Shown: positions 1-10,962, counted from the first letter of the stretch. The stretch: 56,578 nucleotides of DNA from an uncultured virus (IMG/VR IMGVR_UViG_3300006103_000010) (IMGVR_UViG_3300006103_000010), one strand, 5' to 3'. Translations and numbers: made by a program. The notes: generated by a model from the letters alone, not told the origin.

Positions 1-1
1 G

Positions 2-703
2 TTTCTATACCCAGGTCTTGCTCTGGCCAGTGGAGTAGCAACCTCTGGTAATAACTACTATATTACCAGTGTTACCAGTAGTGGTATATATTTGAATTAT
101 AATATTACTGGTGTGTACATATCTCCTACTACTATTGCAATGAGTGGAAAATCTCTAGCATACCCGCTGTATGATGTTACTGATCTAGCAGGATCAGTGA
201 ATTCAATAGCTGGGCTTGCTCTATGCTCAGGTACTGCTCCAACTGGGTGGTCTGGATTGCCTTCATCTACTGACTCAGCATATGTCATATACACACATAA
301 TTATAACTCTGACGTAATCGATGTTGATGCTCTTGTTCAGCAAAGCAGGCCAGTAGGCACTAATGCTTTAGTTCACCAGGCTAACTTTATAAACATGGTA
401 GTTAATCTAACTCTTGTAATAACCCCTGGTGCATCACAAGCATCTACACAATCCAGTATTAATTCAGCGATTAGTCAATACTTTGCTAGTTTTGGATATA
501 ACCAAACTGTTTCTTTTTCTTCCATAGCATCCGCTGTTCTGGCAGCTGGTAGCATTATGAATGTTAGAGTCAATAGCGTTAATATTGTATCCATTGATGG
601 TACTGTACAATCAACTAAGACTAGCGATTTTGTTCTTACGAGTAGCCAACTTCCATATCTATATAGCGTAAATTACACGTTCAAGGGATTAGGGAACTTC
701 TAA
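2..703 (+). CDS. Baseplate J-like protein, C-terminal part (5' truncated)
   Basis: Frame is open from position 2. C-terminus (RPVGTNALVHQA..VNLTLVITPG..SINSAISQYF..VSFSSIASAV) resembles baseplate J C-terminal domains. Confidence 0.65.
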   Translation, partial: FLYPGLALASGVATSGNNYYITSVTSSGIYLNYNITGVYISPTTIAMSGKSLAYPLYDVTDLAGSVNSIAGLALCSGTAPTGWSGLPSSTDSAYVIYTHNYNSDVIDVDALVQQSRPVGTNALVHQANFINMVVNLTLVITPGASQASTQSSINSAISQYFASFGYNQTVSFSSIASAVLAAGSIMNVRVNSVNIVSIDGTVQSTKTSDFVLTSSQLPYLYSVNYTFKGLGNF

Positions 704-1650
704 TGGCTGGTAATATTGCACCATCTGATCCTCATCCTACATTTTTACAAAAGGTAAGGAACTTCCCTGATAATCTGTATAGTTTTGATGAGCAGAATAA
801 TATCACAACACTAATGCAGATCCTTTTGGGCAACAGTGGAACAGGGCAACTAAGAAACATTCAGACAGTGGCCCGGCTAACTCAGCAGCATATTGAGTTT
901 AGTAACCTGGATTCTATTCTTGGACAAATATTAAACATAGCCAGAGTATCACCTGAGATTTATAGCTTTGCTACTAATCCTTTTATCGATCAGCTTTCGC
1001 CGGATCAGTGGGATGAGGTGCTATCTAAGGATGGTAAATACAGAGAACGATTATTAGGTGCTGCTGAGTCTTTCCAGACCGGTGCAACCATATGGTCGAT
1101 AATGTCTATGTGTCAGTCAATGACAGGAATGAAGTTTTACGTCACTGAATCGTGGAGAACACCTGGTCTAGGCAGGTCAGGAGTTGATACAAGTCGTGAG
1201 ATAGTCATCATACCCATACTTGATACATCAAAAACGATTTTTAATTGGGATCAAAGCAAAGCAAGAACTATACTTGATGCAGCTCAAAAAATTATTGGAT
1301 CAAATTTAATTATAAGTTTTGGTACTCCACTATATAATCTTAATAATGTTACTCTATCAAATGCAGCGTCATCGGATACGTCAGAGTATTTTTTTATGCA
1401 ACCTACAGTAATGGCTACACGACTATCAACTCCTGTAAACATTCAGACCGGGTCTGATACAAGGTACTGGCTCACGCCTGGTCAGGCTAATGATGCTCCA
1501 TTCTTTGCTCATCTACAGACACAAGAGATATCAATTGACATGACAGGTAATATAGTTAACGTATCAAGCTCAGATCTATCAGGTGTTCCATACGATGCTC
1601 TAGCATCTCCATCTCTACAAATTACCTCTACTGTTTATGGTGCACAATAA
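703..1650 (+). CDS. Baseplate wedge/tail protein
   Basis: Coupled to the J-like gene; contains a YRERL..GAT segment like genes that follow baseplate J. Confidence 0.5.
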   Translation: MAGNIAPSDPHPTFLQKVRNFPDNLYSFDEQNNITTLMQILLGNSGTGQLRNIQTVARLTQQHIEFSNLDSILGQILNIARVSPEIYSFATNPFIDQLSPDQWDEVLSKDGKYRERLLGAAESFQTGATIWSIMSMCQSMTGMKFYVTESWRTPGLGRSGVDTSREIVIIPILDTSKTIFNWDQSKARTILDAAQKIIGSNLIISFGTPLYNLNNVTLSNAASSDTSEYFFMQPTVMATRLSTPVNIQTGSDTRYWLTPGQANDAPFFAHLQTQEISIDMTGNIVNVSSSDLSGVPYDALASPSLQITSTVYGAQ

Positions 1651-4600
1651 TGCCAATTACACCTAGGAATAATGACCCATTAAAAGATTATGTAACTCCG
1701 GGTCTTTCGCCATCTATCTCTAGCGATGGTTTAGTATACAATAAGATTTATGCTCATACTGGTGTTGTCGATACTCTACCTGCCTCTAATAATACTAGTC
1801 CTTATAATGACCCAACAACTACACTGATCAACAATAACAACTACATTCAGTTTAACCCTGCTGCTCAAACAGAATGGATATCATCTCAAGACTTTGGTGG
1901 TCCTGATAGTGCGCCAGTAACTCTGTCAATGTATGTAGTAAATGATACCTATTTTAATTCTATCTACTTTAATATTTTAAATGTTCCTTGTTATGTTGAG
2001 CTTATAACAAGCAGTGGAACACCATTGACTGATTCCTCTTCATTCATTATTGATGGTGGTTCTGATATCAACACAACTACTGATTGGGTCAGAATAAAAT
2101 ATCAAACAACCAGCGGTACAACAAATGGTTCACCAAACCCAGTGACGCTGAAAATTAATGCTGGTGATTTTATACAGATACGGATAACAAGACAAAAGAC
2201 TGTAAAGCAGCAAGGTACTATCACTAAAACCCTTATTGATTTGCCATATTCAGTTGGCGTAAAGAATTTTAGTATAAAATTAAACATCCAATATGGTTCT
2301 GATGTTCCTCCTACACCATTTTCTGTACAAAATAAATTTGGTTTTGTTGAAACATACAAAGAAAAGTTCTATAGCGCCAGCAGAGCTTTAGATAATTCTT
2401 CTAGCACATACTGGAAGAGTGAGCCACAACCAGTTGGTGATGCTATAGTCAACTACTATCTACAGGTTGCAGACGGATCAACTATTACTTCTCTAAACAG
2501 ATTGTACATTGACCCTGTATATGATGGATGTAAATTTAATCTGTACTATACTAAAGATTCTGGTCCCGATGCTTCTCAGTTTACATGGTCTCCTGTGCAA
2601 AGAGATTTCACACTACGTAATGGTTTGTATGAAATACCAACGATCCAATGTACTCATATAAAGCTAGAGTTTGTCCAACTTGCTCCGGAAATTTATGACC
2701 TGCCATTCGATAGCGTTATTAGAACAATCAATACATTCCCTTATGATATTGAAGAATACTTCTCCAATATAGAATCAACCATTATTGATGGCAAAGCAAA
2801 AAGCTATTCATTCTTTGGTTCGAACAATAATCAACAACCTATATATACCAGCACCTATTCAACCATGTTCGGTGCAGCTAATGATATAAATTCTTCATCA
2901 TGGCCTCTGGTTGGTCCATCTGGCAACAATGTACAGACTCCTAGTGCTCTAACACAGATTGTTGACCCAACCATAAGCTACAAACTTATCGATCAAAATG
3001 GTTCTTACAACAATAATAGTTATACTCAGTTCTTGCAAAGAAGATTCCCATACACTGGTAAACATGATTACTCGCAGATTACTATAGATCACTCATGGCA
3101 TCAGGCGTATTTCGTTGGTCTGTATTCTATTTCAGCATTCTATGAGACAACATCATATGACAATATACAACCAACTCTAAGTAGCTTGACTTCAAGATCT
3201 AATAATAATACTTTTGTTGGTCAAGATAATAATAATTACATTATATTAAATCCTGATGATACTGCTACAACACCATGGATGAATACCATGGACACATTTA
3301 CTGGCTTTAGCATAGCTGGGCTTACAACAGATTGGCAGAGTTTTCTCACTGATGATCAGGTATTAATGAATGATACCAGCAACTTAACAGGCGGCAGAAT
3401 ACACTTCCCATTGCAAACCATATCAAACTTAGGTACTAGCAAAATCGTCAGTGTAGTTCCTACTGCTACTGGATATTGTTATGTTCAGACTGGCAGTTAC
3501 CCAATTAGCACAAATATTGCTAATTATCTTGATGCCAACTTCTTGAATGGGACCAGTTCATGGACTGCTCTAGACAGTACAACAATTAGCAACACCACTG
3601 TAACATGGGCATCCGGTGTAGCCAGTGGTATATCAGTTAGTGGTGGTCAGTACTCAGCAGCATATAACTTTTCTCTGCCTGGTGTATATAATCCTAATGG
3701 TATAGTTGCCTGGAATGATCAATTCGGATCCAATCCATACGGTGCCGTAGGATTTGGATCTTATGCTGTATTAAGTGGCTCAGTGCAAAATAATAATCCT
3801 TATTATTTTTTAACTAATATCCAGGTACCTAATACCGGGGGTGTACCCAGTGTTAATGCAAATCTCACCATGTATACCCAGTTCATCAATCCTTCTAATG
3901 GTTTGCCAATAGCTGGTACTACTGTTACAGGTAGTAATATCTCTATAGTTGCTGGATCAGGTAGCAGCATTGTCACGGCAACTGGTGGTATGTGGTTATC
4001 CACACTGCCGAGCAACACGGTGCAGATGGTCATCAGTGGTTCAGGGTCATCCTTTAACCTGTTCGAAATGAGCATTAACCCTACACCAGTGACCAGTTGG
4101 GTAGGCCCATCTGACAGAAAAAACATGCGGGTCAGTGCTGTTGCTAGAGTATTTTTACCCAGTTCCAGCAATGGCATCTATCGTGTTAGTCTGATGGGTA
4201 CTGACTACGTTGGTAACGTTTATGAGATCGCTTATAAGCAGTTCAAAAATAATTCATTACCAATAAGTACTTGGATCAACATTGAGGTGCCTGGATATTC
4301 AGGAAACAATTACAAGTCATTCTATGCACAGATATCCCAACTTGATAACACTGTGATGGAAACCTTTTATTTGAGTATGCTATCACCGTTTTACCACCCA
4401 GTACGGTATGAATACATCACTCAAAGCGGTAGTACTAAATGGCAGCCAGTAATTGCTGGTCTGAACAATTCAAATTCTGTAGTAAACGTTGCTAATCCAG
4501 GAACAGCAGCTAGCGGTATACAAGTGCGTATGACATCGCTGGATCTAGGTGTTGTTGTAAACGCACTCAGCATTGTGCCAAGATACATCGGCAACCCTTA

Positions 4601-4769
4601 CTACTCAAGTACAAATATCGACTACATCGGTGACAGCAAAACCAACGAGCTTTCAATCAGACAGCCCATCAATCGTAAGAAGCTGTTCTTGCTCAACAAA
4701 GAGGTCTACCCAGTACGGTTCAGTATAGAACAGGTGGCTAACACCACGGTACCGTACGTGAACATGTGA
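1650..4769 (+). CDS. Large Ser/Thr/Asn-rich structural (tail/baseplate) protein
   Basis: 1039 aa, beta-strand-type composition, discoidin-like segment ASRALDNSSSTYWKSEPQ, structural context. Confidence 0.6.
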   Translation: MPITPRNNDPLKDYVTPGLSPSISSDGLVYNKIYAHTGVVDTLPASNNTSPYNDPTTTLINNNNYIQFNPAAQTEWISSQDFGGPDSAPVTLSMYVVNDTYFNSIYFNILNVPCYVELITSSGTPLTDSSSFIIDGGSDINTTTDWVRIKYQTTSGTTNGSPNPVTLKINAGDFIQIRITRQKTVKQQGTITKTLIDLPYSVGVKNFSIKLNIQYGSDVPPTPFSVQNKFGFVETYKEKFYSASRALDNSSSTYWKSEPQPVGDAIVNYYLQVADGSTITSLNRLYIDPVYDGCKFNLYYTKDSGPDASQFTWSPVQRDFTLRNGLYEIPTIQCTHIKLEFVQLAPEIYDLPFDSVIRTINTFPYDIEEYFSNIESTIIDGKAKSYSFFGSNNNQQPIYTSTYSTMFGAANDINSSSWPLVGPSGNNVQTPSALTQIVDPTISYKLIDQNGSYNNNSYTQFLQRRFPYTGKHDYSQITIDHSWHQAYFVGLYSISAFYETTSYDNIQPTLSSLTSRSNNNTFVGQDNNNYIILNPDDTATTPWMNTMDTFTGFSIAGLTTDWQSFLTDDQVLMNDTSNLTGGRIHFPLQTISNLGTSKIVSVVPTATGYCYVQTGSYPISTNIANYLDANFLNGTSSWTALDSTTISNTTVTWASGVASGISVSGGQYSAAYNFSLPGVYNPNGIVAWNDQFGSNPYGAVGFGSYAVLSGSVQNNNPYYFLTNIQVPNTGGVPSVNANLTMYTQFINPSNGLPIAGTTVTGSNISIVAGSGSSIVTATGGMWLSTLPSNTVQMVISGSGSSFNLFEMSINPTPVTSWVGPSDRKNMRVSAVARVFLPSSSNGIYRVSLMGTDYVGNVYEIAYKQFKNNSLPISTWINIEVPGYSGNNYKSFYAQISQLDNTVMETFYLSMLSPFYHPVRYEYITQSGSTKWQPVIAGLNNSNSVVNVANPGTAASGIQVRMTSLDLGVVVNALSIVPRYIGNPYYSSTNIDYIGDSKTNELSIRQPINRKKLFLLNKEVYPVRFSIEQVANTTVPYVNM

Positions 4770-4798
4770 TTGACCTGGTCATCATGTAGTGCTACACT
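4770..4798 (+). promoter_or_regulatory. Sigma70/SigA-type promoter, probably leaderless
   Basis: TTGACC-17 bp-TACACT; ATG at 4806 follows 7 nt after the -10 box, with no SD. Confidence 0.7.
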
Positions 4799-4805
4799 GT
4801 GCCAC

Positions 4806-6662
4806 ATGACCCGCAAGATGGTATTCGTGCAGAAGAGCAAACTGCTCAATGGTGTACTGCGATACAGCACGCTTGATCCGGATGTACAGGCGTTGTTTGA
4901 ATGGGACAGCCTGGGTACGCTACGCAACCGTGACGAGATCGCAAAGTTCGATAGGGTTGCTCGAGAAAACGGAATCACCATCGAGTTTGATGATGATGAG
5001 GCCGAGGCCAGATACCAAACACTAGTAGCATGTGCATCAGATCCTTACCAGGTGCGTAGCCCATTCCTTGACGATCATGAGATATTTCCATTCCAACACG
5101 TTGGCTTGAACTATGTGTGGGAGCAGCTGCACACCAGCCAGCCAAACGTTCTTGTTCAGTGGGATACTGGTGCTGGCAAGACACTGCTCAGTTGCTTGAC
5201 CAGCCAGAAACTGTTCGATGCTGAAGACATTGATATCGTTCTGGTGTTCTGTAAGAAGATTAAACAGCATGACTGGGAGCAAGAATTCAAGCGAATGACG
5301 TATCTTTCTGTCACTCGTGTTAGTGATAAGTTGACACGCCAAAAACGTCACGATTTATACCAAAATGACGCCAGCAATGTTATGGTTCTTAACTATGAAA
5401 AGATCCGAGAGGGTAATCTTTCAAAAATCAATGGTCAAAAGAAAAAAGTTAAGTCTTATAATAGAACTGATTTACTACAGATTCTATCTATGATTAAAGA
5501 TAAAAGAGTATTAATCATTATAGATGAAGCTCAAAAGATTAATACTGGTAAGAGTCTAATGAGCGAAGGGTTTGCTCAGCTGATCAACTCATCTGCTCAC
5601 AGATCAATGGTCCTGGCTCTTACAGCTACTCCATACACCACTAGCCCACTGAATATCAGAAACATTTTTGAAGTTATCGCTCCTGGTATTCCAGACGTTA
5701 GCAGTCTCTCTAGAGATGCTTTCAAACTTTTGTACGGTAAAGATATCAGCTATTACCGGAATGGTTATGTGAATGAGATGTATGTAAAAGAATGGGATCG
5801 TGCCAAGCTTCCACTGCTCGGTAAAAAGCATGAAGACTGGACACACATCGCAATGAAGAGCGATCCAACCATTCGTGCTCAGTTCCCAGAAAACATTGCC
5901 AAGCGTGTTCTTTACGATCTCAGCGATAGTGACCGCGAGATTTACGACTGGGCAGAGCGTGTTGCACGTGAGCGTTACAACCCCGATAACGTTGCTGCCA
6001 GTTGGTCCAGCATTGATACACTCAGGATGATCTGCAACACCACAGCTGGACTAAAGACCAGTGACGGAAAGTTTTCCAAAGAGATTCATGCTCAGTTCGG
6101 TGACCAACTGGATATTCAACACAGTGCAAAATACCAGTTGATTGAAAACAGCATGGAGAGCTACATTGAGAACGGTGAAAAGGCAGTACTGTTCAGCTTC
6201 TGGACCAACGGCACACTGTTCCCCTACTATGAAGAGCTCAAGCGCAGGTTTGGTAATGACATCCCGGTGCTGGCAATCTGGGGAGTTGGTATGGATACTG
6301 AAACAGCTGCCAGGAACATCAAAACGTTCAATGAGACACGTGGTGGTGCTATCCTGATCACCAGTGATGTTCTACAAGAGGGTGCTAACCTGTACGCACC
6401 ATACCTGTGGAACATTGAGATTCCCAGGACTTATGCTGAATACAAGCAGCGTAAGGACAGGATCAATCGTGCAGACAGCAAGAGCAAGGGCATCAGCCAC
6501 ACCTGGACATACCGTGCAGTTGCGAGTGATACCATTGAAGAACGTGTTGACAGCAAGGTACTACGCCGTAGGGCTGAAGCAGCAGCCATCCGTGGTGTGG
6601 TTGACGAGCTGGTAGACATGGATGATACAGTTGACATGACCCCACAAGGGTTACTGTTCTAA
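4806..6662 (+). CDS. SNF2-family helicase/ATPase
   Basis: Q motif FPFQ, Walker A DTGAGKT, DEAQ box, motif III TAT, C-terminal EGANL and RINR. Start moved to ATG 4806 because TTG 4770 is the -35 box. Confidence 0.9.
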   Translation: MTRKMVFVQKSKLLNGVLRYSTLDPDVQALFEWDSLGTLRNRDEIAKFDRVARENGITIEFDDDEAEARYQTLVACASDPYQVRSPFLDDHEIFPFQHVGLNYVWEQLHTSQPNVLVQWDTGAGKTLLSCLTSQKLFDAEDIDIVLVFCKKIKQHDWEQEFKRMTYLSVTRVSDKLTRQKRHDLYQNDASNVMVLNYEKIREGNLSKINGQKKKVKSYNRTDLLQILSMIKDKRVLIIIDEAQKINTGKSLMSEGFAQLINSSAHRSMVLALTATPYTTSPLNIRNIFEVIAPGIPDVSSLSRDAFKLLYGKDISYYRNGYVNEMYVKEWDRAKLPLLGKKHEDWTHIAMKSDPTIRAQFPENIAKRVLYDLSDSDREIYDWAERVARERYNPDNVAASWSSIDTLRMICNTTAGLKTSDGKFSKEIHAQFGDQLDIQHSAKYQLIENSMESYIENGEKAVLFSFWTNGTLFPYYEELKRRFGNDIPVLAIWGVGMDTETAARNIKTFNETRGGAILITSDVLQEGANLYAPYLWNIEIPRTYAEYKQRKDRINRADSKSKGISHTWTYRAVASDTIEERVDSKVLRRRAEAAAIRGVVDELVDMDDTVDMTPQGLLF

Positions 6663-6672
6663 GGAGAGTGCA

Positions 6673-6891
6673 ATGAACAAGACACAGCAGCAGATCGTTG
6701 ATGACATCACGGAATACATCACCAGCGGTCAAACACACAGTACCCTGGTGGGCATGCAGTTCACCGTTGGGCACAAGCCTGATGATGAGCATAAGGCAAG
6801 ACAGTACGCAGAGTACATTGTTGACCTGATTAAATCTGCTGAAAATTACCGGCGAAGCAATGTAAAGTCGGGTAAGACCCGTGCCAAGTAA
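6673..6891 (+). CDS. Hypothetical protein
   Basis: AAGGAG SD upstream; 72 aa. Confidence 0.7.
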   Translation: MNKTQQQIVDDITEYITSGQTHSTLVGMQFTVGHKPDDEHKARQYAEYIVDLIKSAENYRRSNVKSGKTRAK

Positions 6892-7378
6892 CGAGGGGTT
6901 CCCCCTCCTCGAAGGGCCTGGTCTTCCTCGGGAGTTGCAGTCGGCGTCTGACCTAGACTCCTCCCGAGGCCCTTCCAGCTCCATTGATTACGACTGGCAC
7001 GATCTGTCAGCCTGTAAGGATCTTGATACCGACAAGTTCTATGTTGGTCGTGGTCAGAAGGTATGCCAGCAAGTTGTTGATGCATGCTTATCTTGCCCGG
7101 TAAAGCCTGATTGCCTTCAGCATGCGCTTGAGCATGAAGAGTACGGATACTGGGCTGGCACTAACCCTGTACAGCGTGAAAAGATCCGCAAGGAGACAGG
7201 CGTACAACTTCAGCCAATTAACTTTGATTTCCTGGAGCGTCAGAACCTGCTAGAAAAAGCTATGTTGCAACAGTCCTTGACTCGTTCGGCGCTACCAACT
7301 ATAATGAACACTAGCGAATTGGTTAGTAACTATTACTATCCTGATGAGATAAGCTTTGAGGAGCTATTCTATGAATAA
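6881..7378 (+). CDS. whiB: WhiB-family Fe-S transcription factor (start uncertain)
   Basis: W..SAC..DTDKFY..ACLSCPVKPDCLQHAL..GYWAG: four Cys plus the G[VI]WGG-like turn. Confidence 0.9.
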   Translation: MPSNEGFPLLEGPGLPRELQSASDLDSSRGPSSSIDYDWHDLSACKDLDTDKFYVGRGQKVCQQVVDACLSCPVKPDCLQHALEHEEYGYWAGTNPVQREKIRKETGVQLQPINFDFLERQNLLEKAMLQQSLTRSALPTIMNTSELVSNYYYPDEISFEELFYE

Positions 7379-8654
7379 GATCAAGGTGCTTGCATGGGGA
7401 GATTACGCATGCTCAACTGGTTTTGGTACAGTGATGCGCAACATCATGGGCGAGATTCACAGTACGAACAAGTACGATATCGATGTGGTGGGCGTGAATT
7501 ACGATGGTGGCCCTTACGATACCAAGAAGTGGCCTGGGCGTTTGTGGCCAGCTATCAGTGCACTACGCACACAAGGACCATACGGTGACGTGTTCGGACG
7601 CCAAGTATTCCTTGATCTACTGAATCAGGGTGACTATGACTTGGTGTTCATTGTTCAGGACACCTTTATTGTTCTCCCCATTGTTCAGCACATCCTTGAG
7701 CTTCAACGTAACAAGCCTAATGGCTTCAAGACTATCTACTACTACCCATTCGATTGCGCTCCACCAGATGAATGGGTCACACAATGTGTAGCCAGTTTTG
7801 ACTACCCAGTGGCATACACTGAGTACGCAAAGAATGAAAGCAGGAAGATTGTTGGAGGTTTCGCTGACAAGCAGCATGTAATCTATCACGGAACCAATAC
7901 AAAAGACTTTTTCCCGTTAACTGCAGAGCAGAAGCTGATTGCGCGTAAGAACGTATTCCCTGAGCAGCTGCAAGACAAGTTCATCATCACCAATGTCAAC
8001 CGTAATCAAGGTCGCAAGGATGTATCACGCAGCCTGATGGTTATGAAGGAGCTACGTGACCGTGGTATAGACGATGTGTATCTGTATATGCACATGCAAG
8101 AGACAGACTTTGGTGGTAGCCTGTTGAACATGGCAAGATCTGTTGGCCTGCAGTTTGAGAAGGACTTCACATTTCCTAATCCTCAGCAGTTCGGTGCACA
8201 TAGTGGCTTCCCAATCGAGATGCTCAATCAGATCTATAACGCCAGTGACTGCTACCTGACAACAACTCACGGTGAGGGCTGGGGTCTTACGATCACTGAG
8301 GCCATGGCAACCAAGCTACCAGTAGTAGCACCAGATAACACCAGCGTTCCTGAGATCCTGGGCCATGACCGAGGCTGGCGAGTGCCTAGCGGGCATACAC
8401 CCAGTCACTGGATCATCAAGGAGAATGACAACGAGCGCATGCGTCCACTCATGGATGTATCTGGAGCAGCAGACGCAATCGAGTACATTAAGAATAATCC
8501 TGATGAAGCTAAGCGTCGTGCAGATAACGCATACAATTGGGCTGTTTCACAACGTTGGACAGATGTATGCAAGGACTGGAAGTCATTGTTCGGTGAAGCC
8601 AAGGCAAGCCTGGACAAGAAGCGATCATTCATTAATAGCCTGACAGCTAAATAA
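7371..8654 (+). CDS. Glycosyltransferase, GT4-like (GT-B)
   Basis: TGFGTV N-terminus, NRNQGRKD, EGWGLTITEAMA (EX7E motif). Confidence 0.9.
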   Translation: MNKIKVLAWGDYACSTGFGTVMRNIMGEIHSTNKYDIDVVGVNYDGGPYDTKKWPGRLWPAISALRTQGPYGDVFGRQVFLDLLNQGDYDLVFIVQDTFIVLPIVQHILELQRNKPNGFKTIYYYPFDCAPPDEWVTQCVASFDYPVAYTEYAKNESRKIVGGFADKQHVIYHGTNTKDFFPLTAEQKLIARKNVFPEQLQDKFIITNVNRNQGRKDVSRSLMVMKELRDRGIDDVYLYMHMQETDFGGSLLNMARSVGLQFEKDFTFPNPQQFGAHSGFPIEMLNQIYNASDCYLTTTHGEGWGLTITEAMATKLPVVAPDNTSVPEILGHDRGWRVPSGHTPSHWIIKENDNERMRPLMDVSGAADAIEYIKNNPDEAKRRADNAYNWAVSQRWTDVCKDWKSLFGEAKASLDKKRSFINSLTAK

Positions 8655-8655
8655 T

Positions 8656-9429
8656 ATGAAACTGTGCTACAAGATACTGCATCTTGAATCAGCTGTTGAT
8701 CGTCAGCATCTGTATGAGCATGCATGCTCTACACTTGCTCAATTTGATCAGCTTGATTCTCCTAATTTTTATCTTGCAAGCATGGATAGGTCAGCAGAGT
8801 TCGTAACTCAGAACGCTGAGCTTCTTAACTTCGATCCGAATGGTTTCAATGATCCAGCGACGTATTGGCCAATGGGCTGGAAACGTGGTGAGCTAGCAGT
8901 ATGGGTGGCGTACTATCGTGCCTGGAAAGCTTTTCTAGACACAGATAATGATTACCTGTTGTTGGGCGAAGATGATTTAAGCTTCAAGCCATTTTTTGTT
9001 CCACTGCTAGAGTATAATATCGATCTTTTACCAGATGGTTGGGATATATTCTCAGCGTTCTGCCCCAGTGGTCAGGTGTTCAAGTATCGTGAAGAAAAGC
9101 ACAGCTTTGATAAAGGTCCTCTGTGTAGAGCCTATCAGGATCATCACTTGCTATGTTATGTGCTCAGCCGTAAGGGTGCACAAGAGCTGGTGGAACGAGC
9201 TGAGTCACATCTGATATGTAATCCAGTCGACTGGTTTATTTTCTATCAGAGTGATATACTAGATGTTTATACTGTCAAGCCAAGTGAAGAGCAGGGTATC
9301 ATATCGATAGATGTTGGTACAACTATTAACCATACAACCAGACAGCCGATACCAGATCTACTATATGATACAACATTGCCAAGGATAGATAACTTCAAGC
9401 GATGGCATGAGGCCAACAATAATGAATAA
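8656..9429 (+). CDS. Glycosyltransferase, GT25-like
   Basis: ILHLESAVDR, GELAV, LLGEDD, YVLSRKGAQEL, PVDW motifs. Confidence 0.75.
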   Translation: MKLCYKILHLESAVDRQHLYEHACSTLAQFDQLDSPNFYLASMDRSAEFVTQNAELLNFDPNGFNDPATYWPMGWKRGELAVWVAYYRAWKAFLDTDNDYLLLGEDDLSFKPFFVPLLEYNIDLLPDGWDIFSAFCPSGQVFKYREEKHSFDKGPLCRAYQDHHLLCYVLSRKGAQELVERAESHLICNPVDWFIFYQSDILDVYTVKPSEEQGIISIDVGTTINHTTRQPIPDLLYDTTLPRIDNFKRWHEANNNE

Positions 9430-10237
9430 TAAACTAGAAATACAACTTGTTGGAGATACATTCTCTGATTTTAATAATGGCAACCTGGGGTATTCTGTAT
9501 TTAGGAAGTCAGCAAAGAACGTTGCCTGGACACAAGATAATCGTGACGCCGTATTCTATATTGATATGAGTATCCCGTTGGCGCTGACCAATAAAAGTAG
9601 CCAGCGCAAGTTTGCCTGGTTACTCGAGTCACGTGCAATTATTCCACAAGTATACAACTGGGTTATTGCTAACCTGGAAGAGTGCCTGGCAACGTTTGAA
9701 GTTATTTTCACCTGGGATCAACAGCTGTTAATGTTGAGTGACAAGTTCAAGTGGGTACCAGCTCAAGGCTTTTGGATCAAAGAGCCACGGATTTATGACA
9801 AGAGCAAGCTGGTGTCTTTCATCTCTTCAACCAAGATGTACTGTGCTGGCCACCTGGTTCGGCTCAAGTACGTGCAAGAGCTCCGTGACTACGTTGACCT
9901 GTATGGTCGTGGCTTTAACGAAGTTGAGAACAAAGAAGACGCTCTGTGCGATTACATGTTCTCTGTCGCAATTGAAAACGATGTTCGTGAGACGTACTAT
10001 ACAGAGAAGATCCTTGACTGCTTTGCTACCGGCACGATCCCTGTGTACCTGGGAGCTCTAGACATCGGCAATCTTTTTAACTTAGAAGGCATCATCTCTA
10101 TCGATGATTTCTTTATGATCAGCCCTGACCTGTACCATAGCAAGCTTGATGCTATCAAGGATAATCTAGAGCGTGTGAAGAAGATGGAGATCCTTGAAGA
10201 CTTTATCTACGAGCGATACCTGGCGGATATGCTATGA
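9407..10237 (+). CDS. Glycosyltransferase, GT10 (fucosyltransferase-like)
   Basis: YMFSVAIEN..YYTEKILDCFATGTIPVYLG matches the GT10 motif. Confidence 0.85.
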   Translation: MRPTIMNNKLEIQLVGDTFSDFNNGNLGYSVFRKSAKNVAWTQDNRDAVFYIDMSIPLALTNKSSQRKFAWLLESRAIIPQVYNWVIANLEECLATFEVIFTWDQQLLMLSDKFKWVPAQGFWIKEPRIYDKSKLVSFISSTKMYCAGHLVRLKYVQELRDYVDLYGRGFNEVENKEDALCDYMFSVAIENDVRETYYTEKILDCFATGTIPVYLGALDIGNLFNLEGIISIDDFFMISPDLYHSKLDAIKDNLERVKKMEILEDFIYERYLADML

Positions 10238-10962
10238 GCAAGCAGTGTTTGATCAACCAGCCACTTGGTCTGGGCGACATCCTCTGGGTGCAAGGTTTAG
10301 TAGATCATTTTATTGATTCTGGATACGATGTGGTCTATCCAGTAGGCGATGTATATTATAATATGCTAACCGAATACATTGACAAGCCTGGCTTGTCATG
10401 GTACCATGAGCACGATGACTATCCAATGAAACAGGTCTTTGGCATCACCACACCACTAAAGAATGAAACACAGGTGTATCTGCCGTTGCAGTATGCCGAT
10501 AGGCATGTAAATGGTCCATTGCTGTTGACCAAGTACTTGTTTGCTGAAGTAGATATCCCAGCGGACTATCGTAATCACTTTGATATAAAGCGTAATTATG
10601 ATCGTGAGCAAACATTGATCGATACTTATGGTCTACATGATGACTACATATTGATTAATGAATGCTTTGCAACAAAACCGTCTACACTACAAAGAAATAT
10701 TGTTGTTGATACAAACTTGCCAGTGCATAGAATGAGCATTGAACAGGATGAAGCTAATGGTTTTCATGTGTTTGACTGGATAGGTGCTTTGCAAAAAGCC
10801 AAAGCAGTTCATACAGTCCAGACATCAATATGCTTGCTAATGGACAAGTACTGTGATAATGATATGCATGTGTATGAGCGTCGGGTCGAAGGCTGGCCAC
10901 GCACTTTCCATAATGAAATAGAAAATGTATACAAGAACTCACGCTGGGTGTACGAGGATTGA
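10234..10962 (+). CDS. Putative glycosyltransferase (GT-B, GLGD motif)
   Basis: N-terminal QPLGLGDIL; lies inside the sugar cluster. Confidence 0.5.
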   Translation: MSKQCLINQPLGLGDILWVQGLVDHFIDSGYDVVYPVGDVYYNMLTEYIDKPGLSWYHEHDDYPMKQVFGITTPLKNETQVYLPLQYADRHVNGPLLLTKYLFAEVDIPADYRNHFDIKRNYDREQTLIDTYGLHDDYILINECFATKPSTLQRNIVVDTNLPVHRMSIEQDEANGFHVFDWIGALQKAKAVHTVQTSICLLMDKYCDNDMHVYERRVEGWPRTFHNEIENVYKNSRWVYED

